Shown here in pieces: positions 48,101 through 63,100 of a DNA stretch of 64,000 nucleotides; the stretch's first letter is position 1, and each line of letters begins with the position of its first letter. Below the pieces are notes generated by a model, which was not told where the DNA came from, searched no databases, and saw only the letters and a list, made by a program, of their open reading frames with translations. The position numbers were made by a program, and so were the translations under genes. Source of the DNA: Quinella sp. 1Q7 (lineage in GTDB: Bacteria > Bacillota > Negativicutes > Selenomonadales > Selenomonadaceae); assembly GCA_015206805.1 (NCBI GenBank), contig JADEZP010000001.1, positions 219 to 64,218 on the forward strand, in the 5' to 3' direction.

Positions 48101-51100
48101 ATCGGCGTCGAAAGCTTCAGCGGTCCCGCGACAATCAGCGGTGCGCTCGACGGCGTTTATATCAACGACGACACGTTGGCGATTGACATCACGGGCGACA
48201 GCGACAGCCTGTTGAGTTACATGCTCAACGGCACGGCGACACTCGGTAGCGTCGGCGGCGATAACGTCACGATTAACGGCGTGGCGGGCGCAAGCGTCGT
48301 TCAAATCACGGCGTCGGGTATCTACGACTTCCAACTCGGCGCAAGCGAAATTTTCACGCTGGCGGGCGGCGATTCGTCGGTCTTCTTCGGGCTCGACGGC
48401 ACGACGGTCAAATCGATTGCCGACTTCGACAAGGGCGACAGCGTGACGGGCAACTTCGCCAACGGCATAACGGTCAGCGGCGGCAGTGCGACGTCTTATA
48501 TCAAAGTCACGGGCGACGACACGATTCAAGTTGTCCGCGACGACATCCAGATTAACAAGCTGTCGAACGGCGCGACGATTGATGCGGCGGACAGTGTCAG
48601 CATTGCGTGGACGGACGCGTTCAGCTCAAGTTCAATCGCGATTCAGGACGCGGACGGTTACCGCTTCACGGTCAACGGCTTCGATTCGACGGGCGTGGAA
48701 TATTTGCTCAACGACAGCGGTCACGTTATCGGCGTGAGCAGTCTCGATACGGGCGTCACGTTGACGGGCAGCTTGAGCGTGCTCAATTCGATTAACGGCG
48801 CGACATTCGATGTCAAGGGCGACGATACGTTGGCGGTTGTCGGCGCGTCGACGGGCGTCAGCAAAATTTTTGAGTTGAGCGACGGCGCGACGGTCACATC
48901 TGCGGCGGGCGCGAGTCAAGCTTTGACGGATTCGACGGGCAATTTCTACTTCGGCAGTCAGAGCTTCACGGTCGACGGCGACAGCGCAATAACCTTCGGA
49001 CTCAACAACAGCGCCGTCAACACAATCAGCGAACTTAGCGGCTCCGTGACGAGCTTCAACTTCGCGGACATCACGTCGACAAACGGCAAGAGCTTTGCGA
49101 TTTCGGGCGACGCCGAAGATTTGATGATCGTCGGCAACGCGGCGGCGAGCGGTCTTGCGCAAATTGACAAGGTCGGCGCGGGCGAAGGTCAAACAGTCAC
49201 GATAACCAATGCGGGCGGCGCGACGCTCATTTCGACGGACAAGGCGGGCGGCTTCAGCTTCGTGTCGAGCGAGCAGAATTTCACGTTGCAGAGCGCGGGC
49301 GACAGCGTCATAAACTTTGCGCTTGACGCGACCGAAACGGTCACGGCAATCGGCGGCGTCGGTGACACGGAAACGATTATCGGCGTGTTCGACGCGGTCG
49401 ATTCGGTCAACGGCGTGGCGTTCGATATCGTCGGCGACAGCGGCACATTGTCGATTGTCGGTCGCGACGACTTGAGCTCAATCAGCAAGATTATGGGCGT
49501 CGGCAATGCGGGCGGCGGCAACGTCACGATTAACAATGTCGGCGGCGCGGACGAATTGCTTACGAACGCGGCGGGAACGTTCGTGTTCACGGGCGCAAGT
49601 TTCCTGACGAATGACGACAGTTTGACGTTTGCACTTGGCGGTGACAGCGCGACGGCGATAACCGGGCTCGACAACGGCAAATCGATTCAAAGTTCGTTCG
49701 CGGGCGTGAGCTCCGTCAACGGCAAAAATTTCAGCATTAACGACAGCGACAGCTCAATCGTGATTTTCGGCGGCGCGGCGAGCTCAATCAGCAAGATTGC
49801 GGGCGTGACGGGTAACGCGACGATTGCCAACGCGGGCGGCGCGAGCCAAATCATCACGGACAGCGTCGGCACGTTCCAATTCCAGAATCAAACGCTGACG
49901 ACGGGCAGCGACAATGTCGTTACGTTCGGTTTGAGCGGCGACATCGTCACGACGATTGACGGTTTGAGCGGCAACGTCGCGGGTCAATTCGACAGCGTGA
50001 CGGCGGTCAACGGTCACAGCTTCGTAGTTTTGGGCGACGCGGGCGACTTGACGGTTTACGGCGCGGCGAACGAAAGTTCGGTTGTCGGACTGGACGGCGT
50101 CGGCTCAAGTGGCAACGTCACGATTCAATATGTCGGCGGCGCGAGCTACGTCGGCACGGACAACGTCGGCACGTTCCAATTCGGCGGCGGACAAAGCTTC
50201 ACGGTCGACGGCGACGCCTCAATCAAATTCATAACCGCGACGGACGACGCGCCCGCAAGCGTGCTGGGCGTGACGGACTTCAACGGCGACGCGACGATTA
50301 CCGGCAAACTCAACGACATTTCAATCAACGGCGGCTCGGTCAAGATTGACATTGACGGCGACGCGGACGACATCTTCAGCTACGCGCTCAATTCGGCGGG
50401 CTCGACGCTCGGCGCGGTCGGCGGCTCAAGTGTGACGATTCGCGGCGCGGACGGTGCTGATGTCGTTCAAGTCACGCAAGACGGCGCGTATCAATTCAGC
50501 ATAACGGGCGCGGGTCAGGCGTTCACGGTCAGCGGCGACGGCGACGGCGTCAACTTCGCGCTGGTCAACAACACCGTTCAATCCGTGAGCGACCTCGACG
50601 AAAATGCGACACTTCGCGGCAATTTGAACGACCTGTCGGCGGTCAACGGTCAATCGTTCGCTGTGACGGGCGATAATAATTTCGGCGTTGTCGGCGGCGC
50701 GAGTGCACAGACGCTCAGCAAAATTTTCGGCTTGAGCGGCACGGTTACTGTCAATCGTTCGGGCGGCGCGACACAAATCGGCGCGGACGGCGACGGTCAA
50801 TTTGCCTTCAACTTTGCGGCGGGCGAAAACTTTACGCTCGGCGGCAACGGTGCGGAGCAGACTTGGTTCACGTTCGGCGCAAGCTTCGTTGAGGCGATTG
50901 ACGGCGTCGACAACGGCGAAACCGTCACGGGCAATTTCAGCCACGGAATTGACATCAACGGCGGCAACTCGATTCAAGTCACGGGCGACGACAAAATCAG
51001 CGTGGCAAGCGTGACGGGCGCACTCGAAATCGCTAACCTCGGCGGCGGCGCGACGGTTGCAGTTGCGGGCGGCGTGAGCTTGGCGCGGACGGAAACTCTC

Positions 51101-54100
51101 GGCGGCTCGGCTGTAACGTTTACGTTCGTCGATGAGACTTTCAGCGTGAGCGGCGACACTGACGGCGTCGACTTCGTGCTTGACGGCAACACGGTCGTTA
51201 AGAAAGTCAACGACCTCGACTTTGACGCGACGTTGCGCGGCGGCTTGAGCAGTCTTCAGTCCGTCAACAACGCAAGCTTCAGCGTCGGCGGCGATGACAA
51301 TTTCGGCGTCGTCGGCGGCACGGGCGCAAGCGGCATTCGCGCGATAATCGACCTGTCGAACAATGCGACTGTTTCCAATGCGGGCGGCGCGACACTTGCC
51401 GTCACGGATGAGCAGGGCACGTTTACATTCAACGGCGACACGTTCACGGTTGCGGGCGACAGCTCGGTCAACTTCCTGCTTGACGGCGCGGGCAGTGTCG
51501 TTGCAGTTGAAGACCTCGACGCGGGCGCGACACTTCGCGGCGACTTGACGGGCTTGAGCTCAATCAACGGCATATCGTTTGCAGTCGGCGGCGATACGAG
51601 TTTGGCAGTCGTCGGCGCGGCAAGCGGTATCAGCCGAATCCTCGACTTCAGCGACGGCGCGACACTCACGAATTCGGGCGGCGCGACAGTTGCAGTCACG
51701 GACACTGTCGGCGCGTTCACATTCGACGGCAAGACCTTCACAATCGCGGGCGACAGTTCCGTTACATTCGGATTGAGCGGCGCGGCAGTCACGAGCGTGA
51801 CAAACTTCAATGCACCCGCGACAATCACCGGCGAAATCAGCGGGCTCAAGATTAACGACGACACTACGGCGATTGACATCACGGGCGACAGCGACAGCAT
51901 CTTCAGCTACGCGCTCAACTCGACGGGCTCGACACTCGGCGCGGTCGGCGGCAGCTCCGTCACGATTAACCATGCGGCAAGTGCGAACGTCGTTCAAGTC
52001 ATCAGCGCGGGCAACTATCAGTTCGGAACGGCGTCGGCATTCACGCTTGCCGGCACGAGTGCGGCGATTGACTTCATGGTCAACAGCTTGAGCGTTACGG
52101 CAGTCGGCGGGCTCAATGATACAGAAACGCTCACGGGCTACGGCTTCGACAAGGTCACCGCGATTAACGGCGCGACGTTCGACATCAAGGGCGACGCGGG
52201 CGATATGATGGTCGTCGGCAACACGGGCGCAAGCGGCTTAACGGTTATCGGCAATGTCGGCTCAAGTGACGGCGTGACGATTAACAACGTCGGCAACGCG
52301 TCGAAGGTCAGCACCGATATGGAAGGCGTCTTCGACTTCGCGAACCCTGCGGCGGCGTTCACGGTCAGCGGCGACAGCTCCGTCGACTTCGTTATGGCGG
52401 CGGGAGCTTCGGCTTCGGTTGTCGGCGTCGAAAGCTTCGACAGTCCCGCGACGATTGCAGGCGCGCTCGACGGAATTTATATCAACGGCGCGAGCTTGGC
52501 GATTGAAATTGACGGCGACAGCGACAACATCTTCAGCTACGCGGTTGACGGCTCAACGACGCTCGGCATGGTCGGCGGCGCGAACGTCACGATTAACGGC
52601 GCGGCTGATGCGGACGTCGTGCAGGTCGTCGAAGACGGTCAGTACAATTTCTTCGGCGGGCAGTCGTTCAAGTTTGCGGGAGAAAGCCTCGACTTCGGTT
52701 TGAGCGGCGACACGGTCACGGCGATTGACGGGCTCGATGTCGGCGAAACCGTGACGGGCGACTTCAACAATTCAATCACAATTAACGAAAATAACGTTCA
52801 AGTTGCGGACGACAGCGCGGTTGACGTGACGACCGACGGCTCCAAGCTTGAGCTTAACGGTTTGACCAATGGCGCGAATGTCATGCAGGCGGACGGCGTG
52901 TCGAGTGCGTTCACCGACGGCGAAGGCAACTTTACGTTCGTCAACGGCACATTCACGGTCAGCGGCGACAGCGACGGCGTCGAGTTCAAGCTTGACGGCG
53001 CGGCAAATGTTGTCGGCGTCGACGGGCTGGATTCGGGCGCGACGTTGCGCGGCGACATCAACGGGCTCACGGTCAACGGACAGCTGGTCGACATTCGCGG
53101 CGACAGTTTCGGCGTGGTCGGCGGCACGAGCGGCGTCAGCCAAATCATCGACATGAGCGAGCCGGCGACAGTCCACAATGCGGGCGGCGCGACTGAACTT
53201 TTGACGGATTCGGACGGCACGTTCTGGTTCGAGGCGGGCGGCGTGAGCTTCCTGATTGAGGGCGACAGCGCGGTTACGTTCGTTTCGAGCGACGGGGTCA
53301 GCGTGGCGAGCGGCGTTGAAAATCTGGACGGCTGGTTGACGGCGGACAGCAACGTCTTCGCGGACGGCTTCAGCGTCAACGGTCAGACGGTGCAAATCGT
53401 CGGCGACGAAGGCACTTTGCGCATCCACGGTACGGGCGACGCGATTGATACGATTGCGGGCGTGACGGGCGATGTCACGATTCAATCGACGGGCGGCGCG
53501 AATTTCATCATCACCGACGCGCAAGGAACGTTCGAGTTCGCGAATCAGACGTTCACGACGGGCGGCGACGACACGGTCACGTTTGAACTTGACGGCGATA
53601 ACGTCACGGCAATCAGCGACCTCAACGGTTACGTCGCGAGTGACAATTTCGACGGCGTCACGGTCAACGGCAAGAGCTTCGACATTGCGGGCGACGCGGG
53701 CGATATGACGATTCACGGCGACGACAGCGGCATAACGGAAATTGCGGGCGTCGGCAGTTCAAGTGGCGTCACGATTAACAACGTCGGCGGCGCGGAAAAA
53801 GTCAGCACCGATATGGAAGGCGTCTTCGAGTTCGCGGACAATGCGGCGGCGTTCACGGTCAGCGGCGACAACTCCGTCGAATTCGTTATGGCGGCTGGTC
53901 AATCGGCTTCGGTTATCGGCGTCGAAAACTTCGACGAGCCCGCGACGATTGCAGGCGCACTCGACGGCGTTTATATCAACGGCAGTTCGTTGGCGATTGA
54001 AATTGACGGCGACAGCGACAACATCTTCAGCTACGCGGTCAACGGCTCAACAACGCTGGGCGAAGTCGGCGGCGCGAACGTCACGATTAACGGCGCGGCT

Positions 54101-57100
54101 GATGCGAACGTTGTGCAGGTCGTCGAAGACGGCAACTATAATTTCTTCGGCGGGCAGAGCTTCAAGTTCGCGGGAGAAAGTCTTGACTTCGGCTTGAGCG
54201 GCGACAGTGTGACGTCGATTGACGGGCTTGATGTCGGCGAAACCGTGACGGGCGACTTCAACAATTCAATCACAATTAACGATAATAATGTTCAAGTTGC
54301 GGACGACAGCGCGGTCGACGTGACCAACGACGGCTCCAAACTTGAGTTGCGCGGACTGACGACGGGCGCGAACGTTTTGCAGGCGGACGGCGTCAGCAGT
54401 GCGTTCACGGACGGCGAAGGCAACTTCGAGTTCGTCAACGGCGAGTTCACGGTCAGCGGCGACAGCGACGGCGTCGAGTTCAAGCTTGACGGCGCGGCAA
54501 ATGTTGTCGGCGTCGACGGGCTGGATTCGGGCGCGACGCTCCGCGGCGACATCAACGGCTTGACGGTCAACGGACAACTGGTCGACATTCGCGGCGACGC
54601 GGACGGCTTCGGCGTGGTCGGCGGCACGAGCGGCGTCAGCCAAATCATTGAAATGAGCGAGCCGGCGACGGTGCACAATGCGGGCGGCGCGACTGAACTG
54701 CTCACGGATTCGGACGGGACTTTCTGGTTCGAGGCGGGCGGCGTCAGTTACCTCATCGAGGGCGACAGCTCCGTTACGTTTATTTCGGACGGCGTGAGTG
54801 TTGCGAGCGGCGTCGAAAATCTGACCGGCTGGATTGAGGCGGACGCGGCTGTTTTCGCGGACGGATTCAGCGTGAACGGTCAGACGGTGCAAATTGTCGG
54901 CGACTCGGGAACTTTGCGAATTCACGGCACGGGCGACGCGATTGACACGATTGCGGGCGTGACGGGCGATGTCACGATTCAGAGCACGGGCGGCGCGAAT
55001 TTCATCATCACCGACGCGCAAGGAACGTTCGAGTTCGCGAATCAGACGTTCACGACGGGCGGCGACGACACGGTCACGTTTGAACTTGACGGCGACACGG
55101 TCACGGCAATCAGCGACCTCAACGGTTACGTCGCGAGCAACAATTTCGACGGCGTCACGGTCAACGGCAAGAGCTTCGACATTGTCGGCGACGCGGGCGA
55201 TATGATGGTCATCGGCAACGACTACGAAAACGGCATTACAGAAATTGCGGACGTCGGCTCAAGTGGCGGCGTGACGATTAACAACGTCGGCGGCGCGGGC
55301 AAAGTTGTCAGCGACACTGAAGGCGTCTTCGACTTCGCGGACAATGCGGCGGCGTTCACGGTCAGCGGCGACAGCTCCGTCGACTTCGTTATGGCGGCGG
55401 GAGCTTCGGCTTCGGTTGTCGGCGTCGAAAGCTTCGACAGTCCCGCGACGATTGCAGGCGCGCTCGACGGAATTTATATCAACGGCGCGAGCTTGGCGAT
55501 TGAAATTGACGGCGACAGCGACAACATCTTCAGCTACGCGGTTGACGGCTCAACGACGCTCGGCATGGTCGGCGGCGCGAACGTGACGATTAACGGCGCG
55601 GCTGATGCGGACGTTGTGCAGGTCGTCGAGGACGGCAATTACAATTTCTTCGGCGCGCAAAAATATACGCTTGCCACCGATAACGATTCGGACGGCGTAA
55701 ACTTCGTGCTCGACGGCACAACCGTCACCGCGATTGAAAGCTTCGACAAGGGCGACAGCATTATCGGCGACTTCACGAACGAAATAACCGTAAGCGGCGG
55801 CGACGAATCGTCTTATATCAAAGTCACGGGCGACACGGAAATTTTGGTTGAGCACGACGACATTTTGATTAAGAAACTTTCGGACGGCGCGACGATTGAT
55901 GCGGCGGGCGGCGTCAGCATTGCGTGGACGGACGCGCTTACAGGTGCGGCACTTGCGATTCAGGACGCGGACGGGCACCGCTTCACGGTCAACGGCTTCG
56001 ATTCGACGGGCGTGGAATATTTGCTCAACGGCAGCGGTCACGTTATCGGCGTGAGCAGTCTCGATACGGACGTCACGTTGACGGGCAGCTTGAGCGTTTT
56101 AAATTCGATTAACGGCGCGACATTCGATGTCAAGGGCGACGATACGTTGGCGGTTGTCGGCGCGTCGACGGGCGTCAGCAAAATTTTTGAGCTTAGCGGC
56201 GGCGCGACGGTCACATCTGCGGCGGGCGCGAGTCAAGCTTTGACGGATTCGACGGGCAATTTCTACTTCGGCGGGCAAAGCTTCACGGTCGGCGGCGACA
56301 GCGCGATAACGTTCGGCTTGAACAACAGCACCGTCAACACAATCAGCGAACTTAGCGGCTCCGTGACGAGCTTCAAATTCGCGGACATCACGTCGACAAA
56401 CGGCAAGTCGTTCGCGATTTCGGGCGACGCTGATGATTTGATGGTCGTCGGCAATGCGGCGGCGAGCGGTCTTGCGCAAATTGACAAGGTCGGCGCGGGC
56501 GACGGTCAAACGGTCACGATAACCAATGCGGGCGGCGCGACGTTCATTACAACCGATAAGGCGGGCGGCTTCAGCTTCGTGTCGAGCGAGCAGAATTTCA
56601 CGTTGCAGAGCGCGGGCGACAGCGTCATAAACTTTGCGCTGGACGCGACCGAAACGGTCACGGCGATTGGCGGCGTCGGCGGCACGGAAACGATTATCGG
56701 CGTGTTCGACGCGGTCGATTCGGTCAACGGCGTGGCGTTCGACATCGTCGGCGACAGCGGCACATTGTCGATTGTCGGTCGCGACGGCTTGAGCTCAATC
56801 AGCAAGATTATGGACGTCGGCAACGCGGGCGGCGGCAACGTCACGATTAACAACGTCGGCGGCGCGGACGAATTGCTTACGAACGCGGCGGGAACGTTTG
56901 TGTTCAAGGGCGCAAGTTTCCTGACGGACGACAACGCTTTGACGTTTGCACTTGCCAACGACAATGCGACGGCGATAACCGGTCTCGACAACGGCAAATC
57001 GATTCAAAGTTCGTTCGCGGGCGTGAGCTCCGTCAACGGCAAAAATTTCACCGTTAACGACGGCGACAGCTCAATCGTGATTTTCGGCGGCGCGGCGAGC

Positions 57101-60100
57101 TCAATCAGTCGGATTGCGGGCGTGACGGGTAACGCGACAATTTACAACGCGGGCGGCGCGAGCCAAATTATCACGGACGCGGCGGGCGTGTTCCAATTCC
57201 CGAATCAAACGCTGACGACGGGTGGCGACGCGGTTGTTACGTTCGGTTTGAGCGGCTACATCGTCACGACGATTGACGGTTTGAGCGGCAGCGTCGCGGG
57301 ACAATTCGACAGCGTGACGGCGGTCAACGGTCACAGCTTCGTGATTCTCGGCGACGCGGGCGATATGACGGTTTACGGCGCGGCGAACGAAAGTTCGGTT
57401 GTCGGACTGGACGGCGTCGGCAGTGCGGGCAACGTCACGATTCAATATGTCGGCGGCGCAAGTTACGTCGGCACGGACAACGTCGGCACGTTCCAATTCG
57501 GCGGCGGACAAAGCTTCACGGTCGACGGCGACGCCTCAATCAAATTCATCACGGCGACGGACGACGCTCCCGCAAGCGTTTTGGGCGTGACTGACTTTGG
57601 CAACGACGCGACGATAACCGGCAAGCTCAACGACATTTCAATCAACGGCGGCTCGGTCAAAATCGACATTGACGGCGACACGGACGACATCTTCAGCTAC
57701 GCGCTCAACTCGACGGGCTCGACGCTCGGCGCGGTCGGCGGCTCAAGTGTGACGATTCGCGGCGCGGACGGTGCAAACGTCGTTCAAGTCACGCAAGACG
57801 GCGCGTATCAGTTCAGCATAACGGGCGCGGGTCAGGCGTTCACGGTCAGCAACGACACTGACGGCGTCAACTTCGCGCTGGTCAACAACACCGTTCAATC
57901 CGCAAGCGACCTCGACGACGGCGCGACACTTCGCGGCAACTTGAACGACCTCGCGGCGGTCAACGGTCAATCCTTCGCCGTGACGGGCGACGATAATTTC
58001 GGCGTGGTCGGCGGCGCAAGTGCGCAAACTTTGAGCAAAATTTTCGACTTGAGCGGCACGGTTGAAGTTGCTCAATCGGGCGGCGCGACACAAATCGGCG
58101 CGGACGGCGACGGTCAATTTGCATTCAATTTCGCGGCGGGCGAAAACTTTACGCTCGGCGGCAACAGCTCTGCGGATACTTGGTTTACGTTCGGCGCAAG
58201 CTTCGTCACGGGTATCAGCGGCGTCGACGCGGGCGAAACCGTCACGGGCAATTTCAGCCACGGAATTGACATCAACGGCGGCAACTCGATTAAAGTCACG
58301 GGCGACGACAATATCAGCGTGGCAAGCGTGACGGGCGCGCTCGAAATCGCTGACCTCGGCGGCGGCGCGACGGTTGCAGTTGCGGGCGGCGTGAGCCTTG
58401 CTCGAACGGAAACTCTCGGCGGCACAAACGCGGCGTTTACGTTCGTTGATGAGACTTTCAGCGTGAGCGGCGACGCTGACGGCGTCGACTTCGTGCTTGA
58501 CGGCAACACGGTTGTTAAGGAAATCAACGACCTCGACGCGGGCGCGACACTTCGCGGCGGCTTGAGCAGCCTCGATTCCGTCAACGGCGCGACATTCGAC
58601 GTCGGCGGCGATAATAATTTCGGCGTTATCGGCGGCACGGGCGCAAGCGGCATTCGCGCGATAATCGACCTGTCGAACAATGCGACTGTTTCCAATGCGG
58701 GCGGCGCGACGTTGGCTGTCACGGACGAGCAGGGCACGTTTACATTCAACGGCGACACGTTCACGGTTGAGGGCGACAGCTCGGTTAACTTTATTTTGAA
58801 CAGCGCGGGCAGTGTCGTTGCAGTTGAAGACCTCGACGCGGGCGCGACACTTCGCGGTGACTTGACGGGCTTGAGCTCAATCAACGGCATATCGTTTGCA
58901 GTCGGCGGCGATACGAGTTTGGCGGTTGTCGGCGCGGCAAGCGGTATCAGCCGAATCCTCGACTTCAGCGACGGCGCGACACTCACCAATTCGGGCGGCG
59001 CAAGTCAGGCGGTCACGGATACTGTCAGCGCGTTCACATTCGACGGCAAGACCTTCACAATCGCGGGCGACAGCTCCGTTACGTTCGGATTGAGCGGCGT
59101 TGCGGTCACGGGCGTTACAAACTTTAACGCACCCGCGACAATCACCGGTCAAATCAGCGGGCTCAAGATTAACAACGACACTACGAAAATTCAAATCAGC
59201 GGCGACACCGACAGCATCTTCAGCTACGCGATTGACAGTGCAAGCGGCGCGACACTCGGCGCAGTCGGCGGCAGCTCGACGGTCGTAATTAACCACGCGG
59301 CGGGCGCGAACGTCGTGCAAGTCATCAGCGGCGGCAACTATCAGTTTGGAACGGCGTCGGCATTCACGCTTGCCGGCACGAGTGCGGCGATTGACTTCAT
59401 GGTCAACAGCTTGAGCGTTACGGCAGTCGGCGGACTCAACGATACCGAAACGCTCACGGGCTACGGCTTCAACGACGTTGTTTCAATCAACGGCGCGAAG
59501 TTCGACATCAAGGGCGACGCGGGCGATATGATGGTCGTCGGCAACACGGGCGCAAACGGCTTAACGGTTATCGGCAATGTCGGCTCAAGTGACGGCGTGA
59601 CGATTAACAACGTCGGCAACGCGTCGAAGGTCAGCACCGATATGGAAGGCGTCTTCGACTTCGCGAACCCTGCGGCGGCGTTCACGGTCAGCGGCGACAC
59701 GAACGTCGACTTCATCACGGCGGCTGGTCAATCGGCTTCTGTTATCGGCGTCGAAAACTTCGGCGGCGTGGCGACGATTGCAGGCGCGCTCGACGGAATT
59801 TATATCAACGGCGCGAGCTTGGCGATTGAAATTGACGGCGACAGCGACAGCCTGTTGAGTTACGCGGTTGACGGCTCAACGACGCTCGGCATGGTCGGCG
59901 GCGCGAACGTCACGATTAACGGCGCGGCTGATGCGGACGTCGTGCAGGTCGTCGAAGACGGTCAGTACAATTTCTTCGGCGGGCAGTCGTTCAAGTTTGC
60001 GGGAGAAAGCCTCGACTTCGGTTTGAGCGGCGACACGGTCACGGCGATTGACGGGCTCGATGTCGGCGAAACCGTGACGGGCGACTTCAACAATTCAATC

Positions 60101-63100
60101 ACAATTAACGAAAATAACGTTCAAGTTGCGGACGACAGCGCGGTTGACGTGACGACCGACGGCTCCAAGCTTGAGCTTAACGGTTTGACCAATGGCGCGA
60201 ATGTCATGCAGGCGGACGGCGTGTCGAGTGCGTTCACCGACGGCGAAGGCAACTTTACGTTCGTCAACGGCACATTCACGGTCAGCGGCGACAGCGACGG
60301 CGTCGAGTTCAAGCTTGACGGCGCGGCAAATGTTGTCGGCGTCGACGGGCTGGATTCGGGCGCGACGTTGCGCGGCGACATCAACGGGCTCACGGTCAAC
60401 GGACAGCTGGTCGACATTCGCGGCGACAGTTTCGGCGTGGTCGGCGGCACGAGCGGCGTCAGCCAAATCATCGACATGAGCGAGCCGGCGACAGTCCACA
60501 ATGCGGGCGGCGCGACTGAACTTTTGACGGATTCGGACGGCACGTTCTGGTTCGAGGCGGGCGGCGTGAGCTTCCTGATTGAGGGCGACAGCGCGGTTAC
60601 GTTCGTTTCGAGCGACGGGGTCAGCGTGGCGAGCGGCGTTGAAAATCTGGACGGCTGGTTGACGGCGGACAGCAACGTCTTCGCGGACGGCTTCAGCGTC
60701 AACGGTCAGACGGTGCAAATCGTCGGCGACGAAGGCACTTTGCGCATCCACGGTACGGGCGACGCGATTGATACGATTGCGGGCGTGACGGGCGATGTCA
60801 CGATTCAATCGACGGGCGGCGCGAATTTCATCATCACCGACGCGCAAGGAACGTTCGAGTTCGCGAATCAGACGTTCACGACGGGCGGCGACGACACGGT
60901 CACGTTTGAACTTGACGGCGATAACGTCACGGCAATCAGCGACCTCAACGGTTACGTCGCGAGTGACAATTTCGACGGCGTCACGGTCAACGGCAAGAGC
61001 TTCGACATTGCGGGCGACGCGGGCGATATGACGATTCACGGCGACGACAGCGGCATAACGGAAATTGCGGGCGTCGGCAGTTCAAGTGGCGTCACGATTA
61101 ACAACGTCGGCGGCGCGGAAAAAGTCAGCACCGATATGGAAGGCGTCTTCGAGTTCGCGGACAATGCGGCGGCGTTCACGGTCAGCGGCGACAACTCCGT
61201 CGAATTCGTTATGGCGGCTGGTCAATCGGCTTCGGTTATCGGCGTCGAAAACTTCGACGAGCCCGCGACGATTGCAGGCGCACTCGACGGCGTTTATATC
61301 AACGGCAGTTCGTTGGCGATTGAAATTGACGGCGACAGCGACAACATCTTCAGCTACGCGGTCAACGGCTCAACAACGCTGGGCGAAGTCGGCGGCGCGA
61401 ACGTCACGATTAACGGCGCGGCTGATGCGAACGTTGTGCAGGTCGTCGAAGACGGCAACTATAATTTCTTCGGCGGGCAGAGCTTCAAGTTCGCGGGAGA
61501 AAGTCTTGACTTCGGCTTGAGCGGCGACAGTGTGACGTCGATTGACGGGCTTGATGTCGGCGAAACCGTGACGGGCGACTTCAACAATTCAATCACAATT
61601 AACGATAATAATGTTCAAGTTGCGGACGACAGCGCGGTCGACGTGACCAACGACGGCTCCAAACTTGAGTTGCGCGGACTGACGACGGGCGCGAACGTTT
61701 TGCAGGCGGACGGCGTCAGCAGTGCGTTCACGGACGGCGAAGGCAACTTCGAGTTCGTCAACGGCGAGTTCACGGTCAGCGGCGACAGCGACGGCGTCGA
61801 GTTCAAGCTTGACGGCGCGGCAAATGTTGTCGGCGTCGACGGGCTGGATTCGGGCGCGACGCTCCGCGGCGACATCAACGGCTTGACGGTCAACGGACAA
61901 CTGGTCGACATTCGCGGCGACGCGGACGGCTTCGGCGTGGTCGGCGGCACGAGCGGCGTCAGCCAAATCATTGAAATGAGCGAGCCGGCGACGGTGCACA
62001 ATGCGGGCGGCGCGACTGAACTGCTCACGGATTCGGACGGCACATTCTGGTTCGAGGCGGGCGGCGTGAGTTTCCTGATTGAGGGCGACAGTTCCGTTAC
62101 GTTCATTTCGAGCGACGGCGTGAGCGTGGCGAGCGGCGTTGAAAATCTGGACGGCTGGTTGACGGCGGACGCGGCGATTTTCGCGGACGGCTTCAGCGTC
62201 AACGGTCAGACGGTGCAGATCGTCGGCGACACGGGTACTTTGCGGATTCATGGCACGGGCGACGCGATTGATACGATTGCGGGCGTGACGGGCGATGTCA
62301 CGATTCAGAGCACGGGCGGCGCGAATTTCATCATCACCGACGCGCAAGGAACGTTCGAGTTCGCGAATCAGACGTTCACGACGGGCGGCGACGACACGGT
62401 CACGTTTGAACTTGACGGCGACACGGTCACGGCAATCAGCGACCTCAACGGTTACGTCGCGAGCAACAATTTCGACGGCGTCACGGTCAACGGCAAGAGC
62501 TTCGACATTGTCGGCGACGCGGGCGATATGATGGTCATCGGCAACGACTACGAAAACGGCATTACAGAAATTGCGGACGTCGGCTCAAGTGGCGGCGTGA
62601 CGATTAACAACGTCGGCGGCGCGGGCAAAGTTGTCAGCGACACTGAAGGCGTCTTCGACTTCGCGGACAATGCGGCGGCGTTCACGGTCAGCGGCGACAA
62701 CTCCGTCGAATTCGTTATGGCGGCTGGTCAATCGGCTTCGGTTGTCGGCGTCGAAAACTTCGACGAGCCCGCGATGATTGCAGGTGCACTTGACGGCGTT
62801 TACATCAACGGCGCGAGCTTGGCGATTGAAATTGACGGCGACAGCGACAGTATCTTCAGCTACGCGGTCGACGGCTCAACGACACTCGGTAGCGTCGGCG
62901 GCGATAACGTCACGATTAACAGCGCGGCTGATGCGGACGTTGTGCAGGTCGTCGAAGACGGAACGTATGAATTCTTCGGCGCGCAAAAATATACGCTTGC
63001 CACCGATAACGATTCGGACGGCGTAAACTTCGTGCTCGACGGCACAACCGTCACCGCGATTGAAAGCTTCGACAAGGGCGACAGCATTATCGGCGACTTC

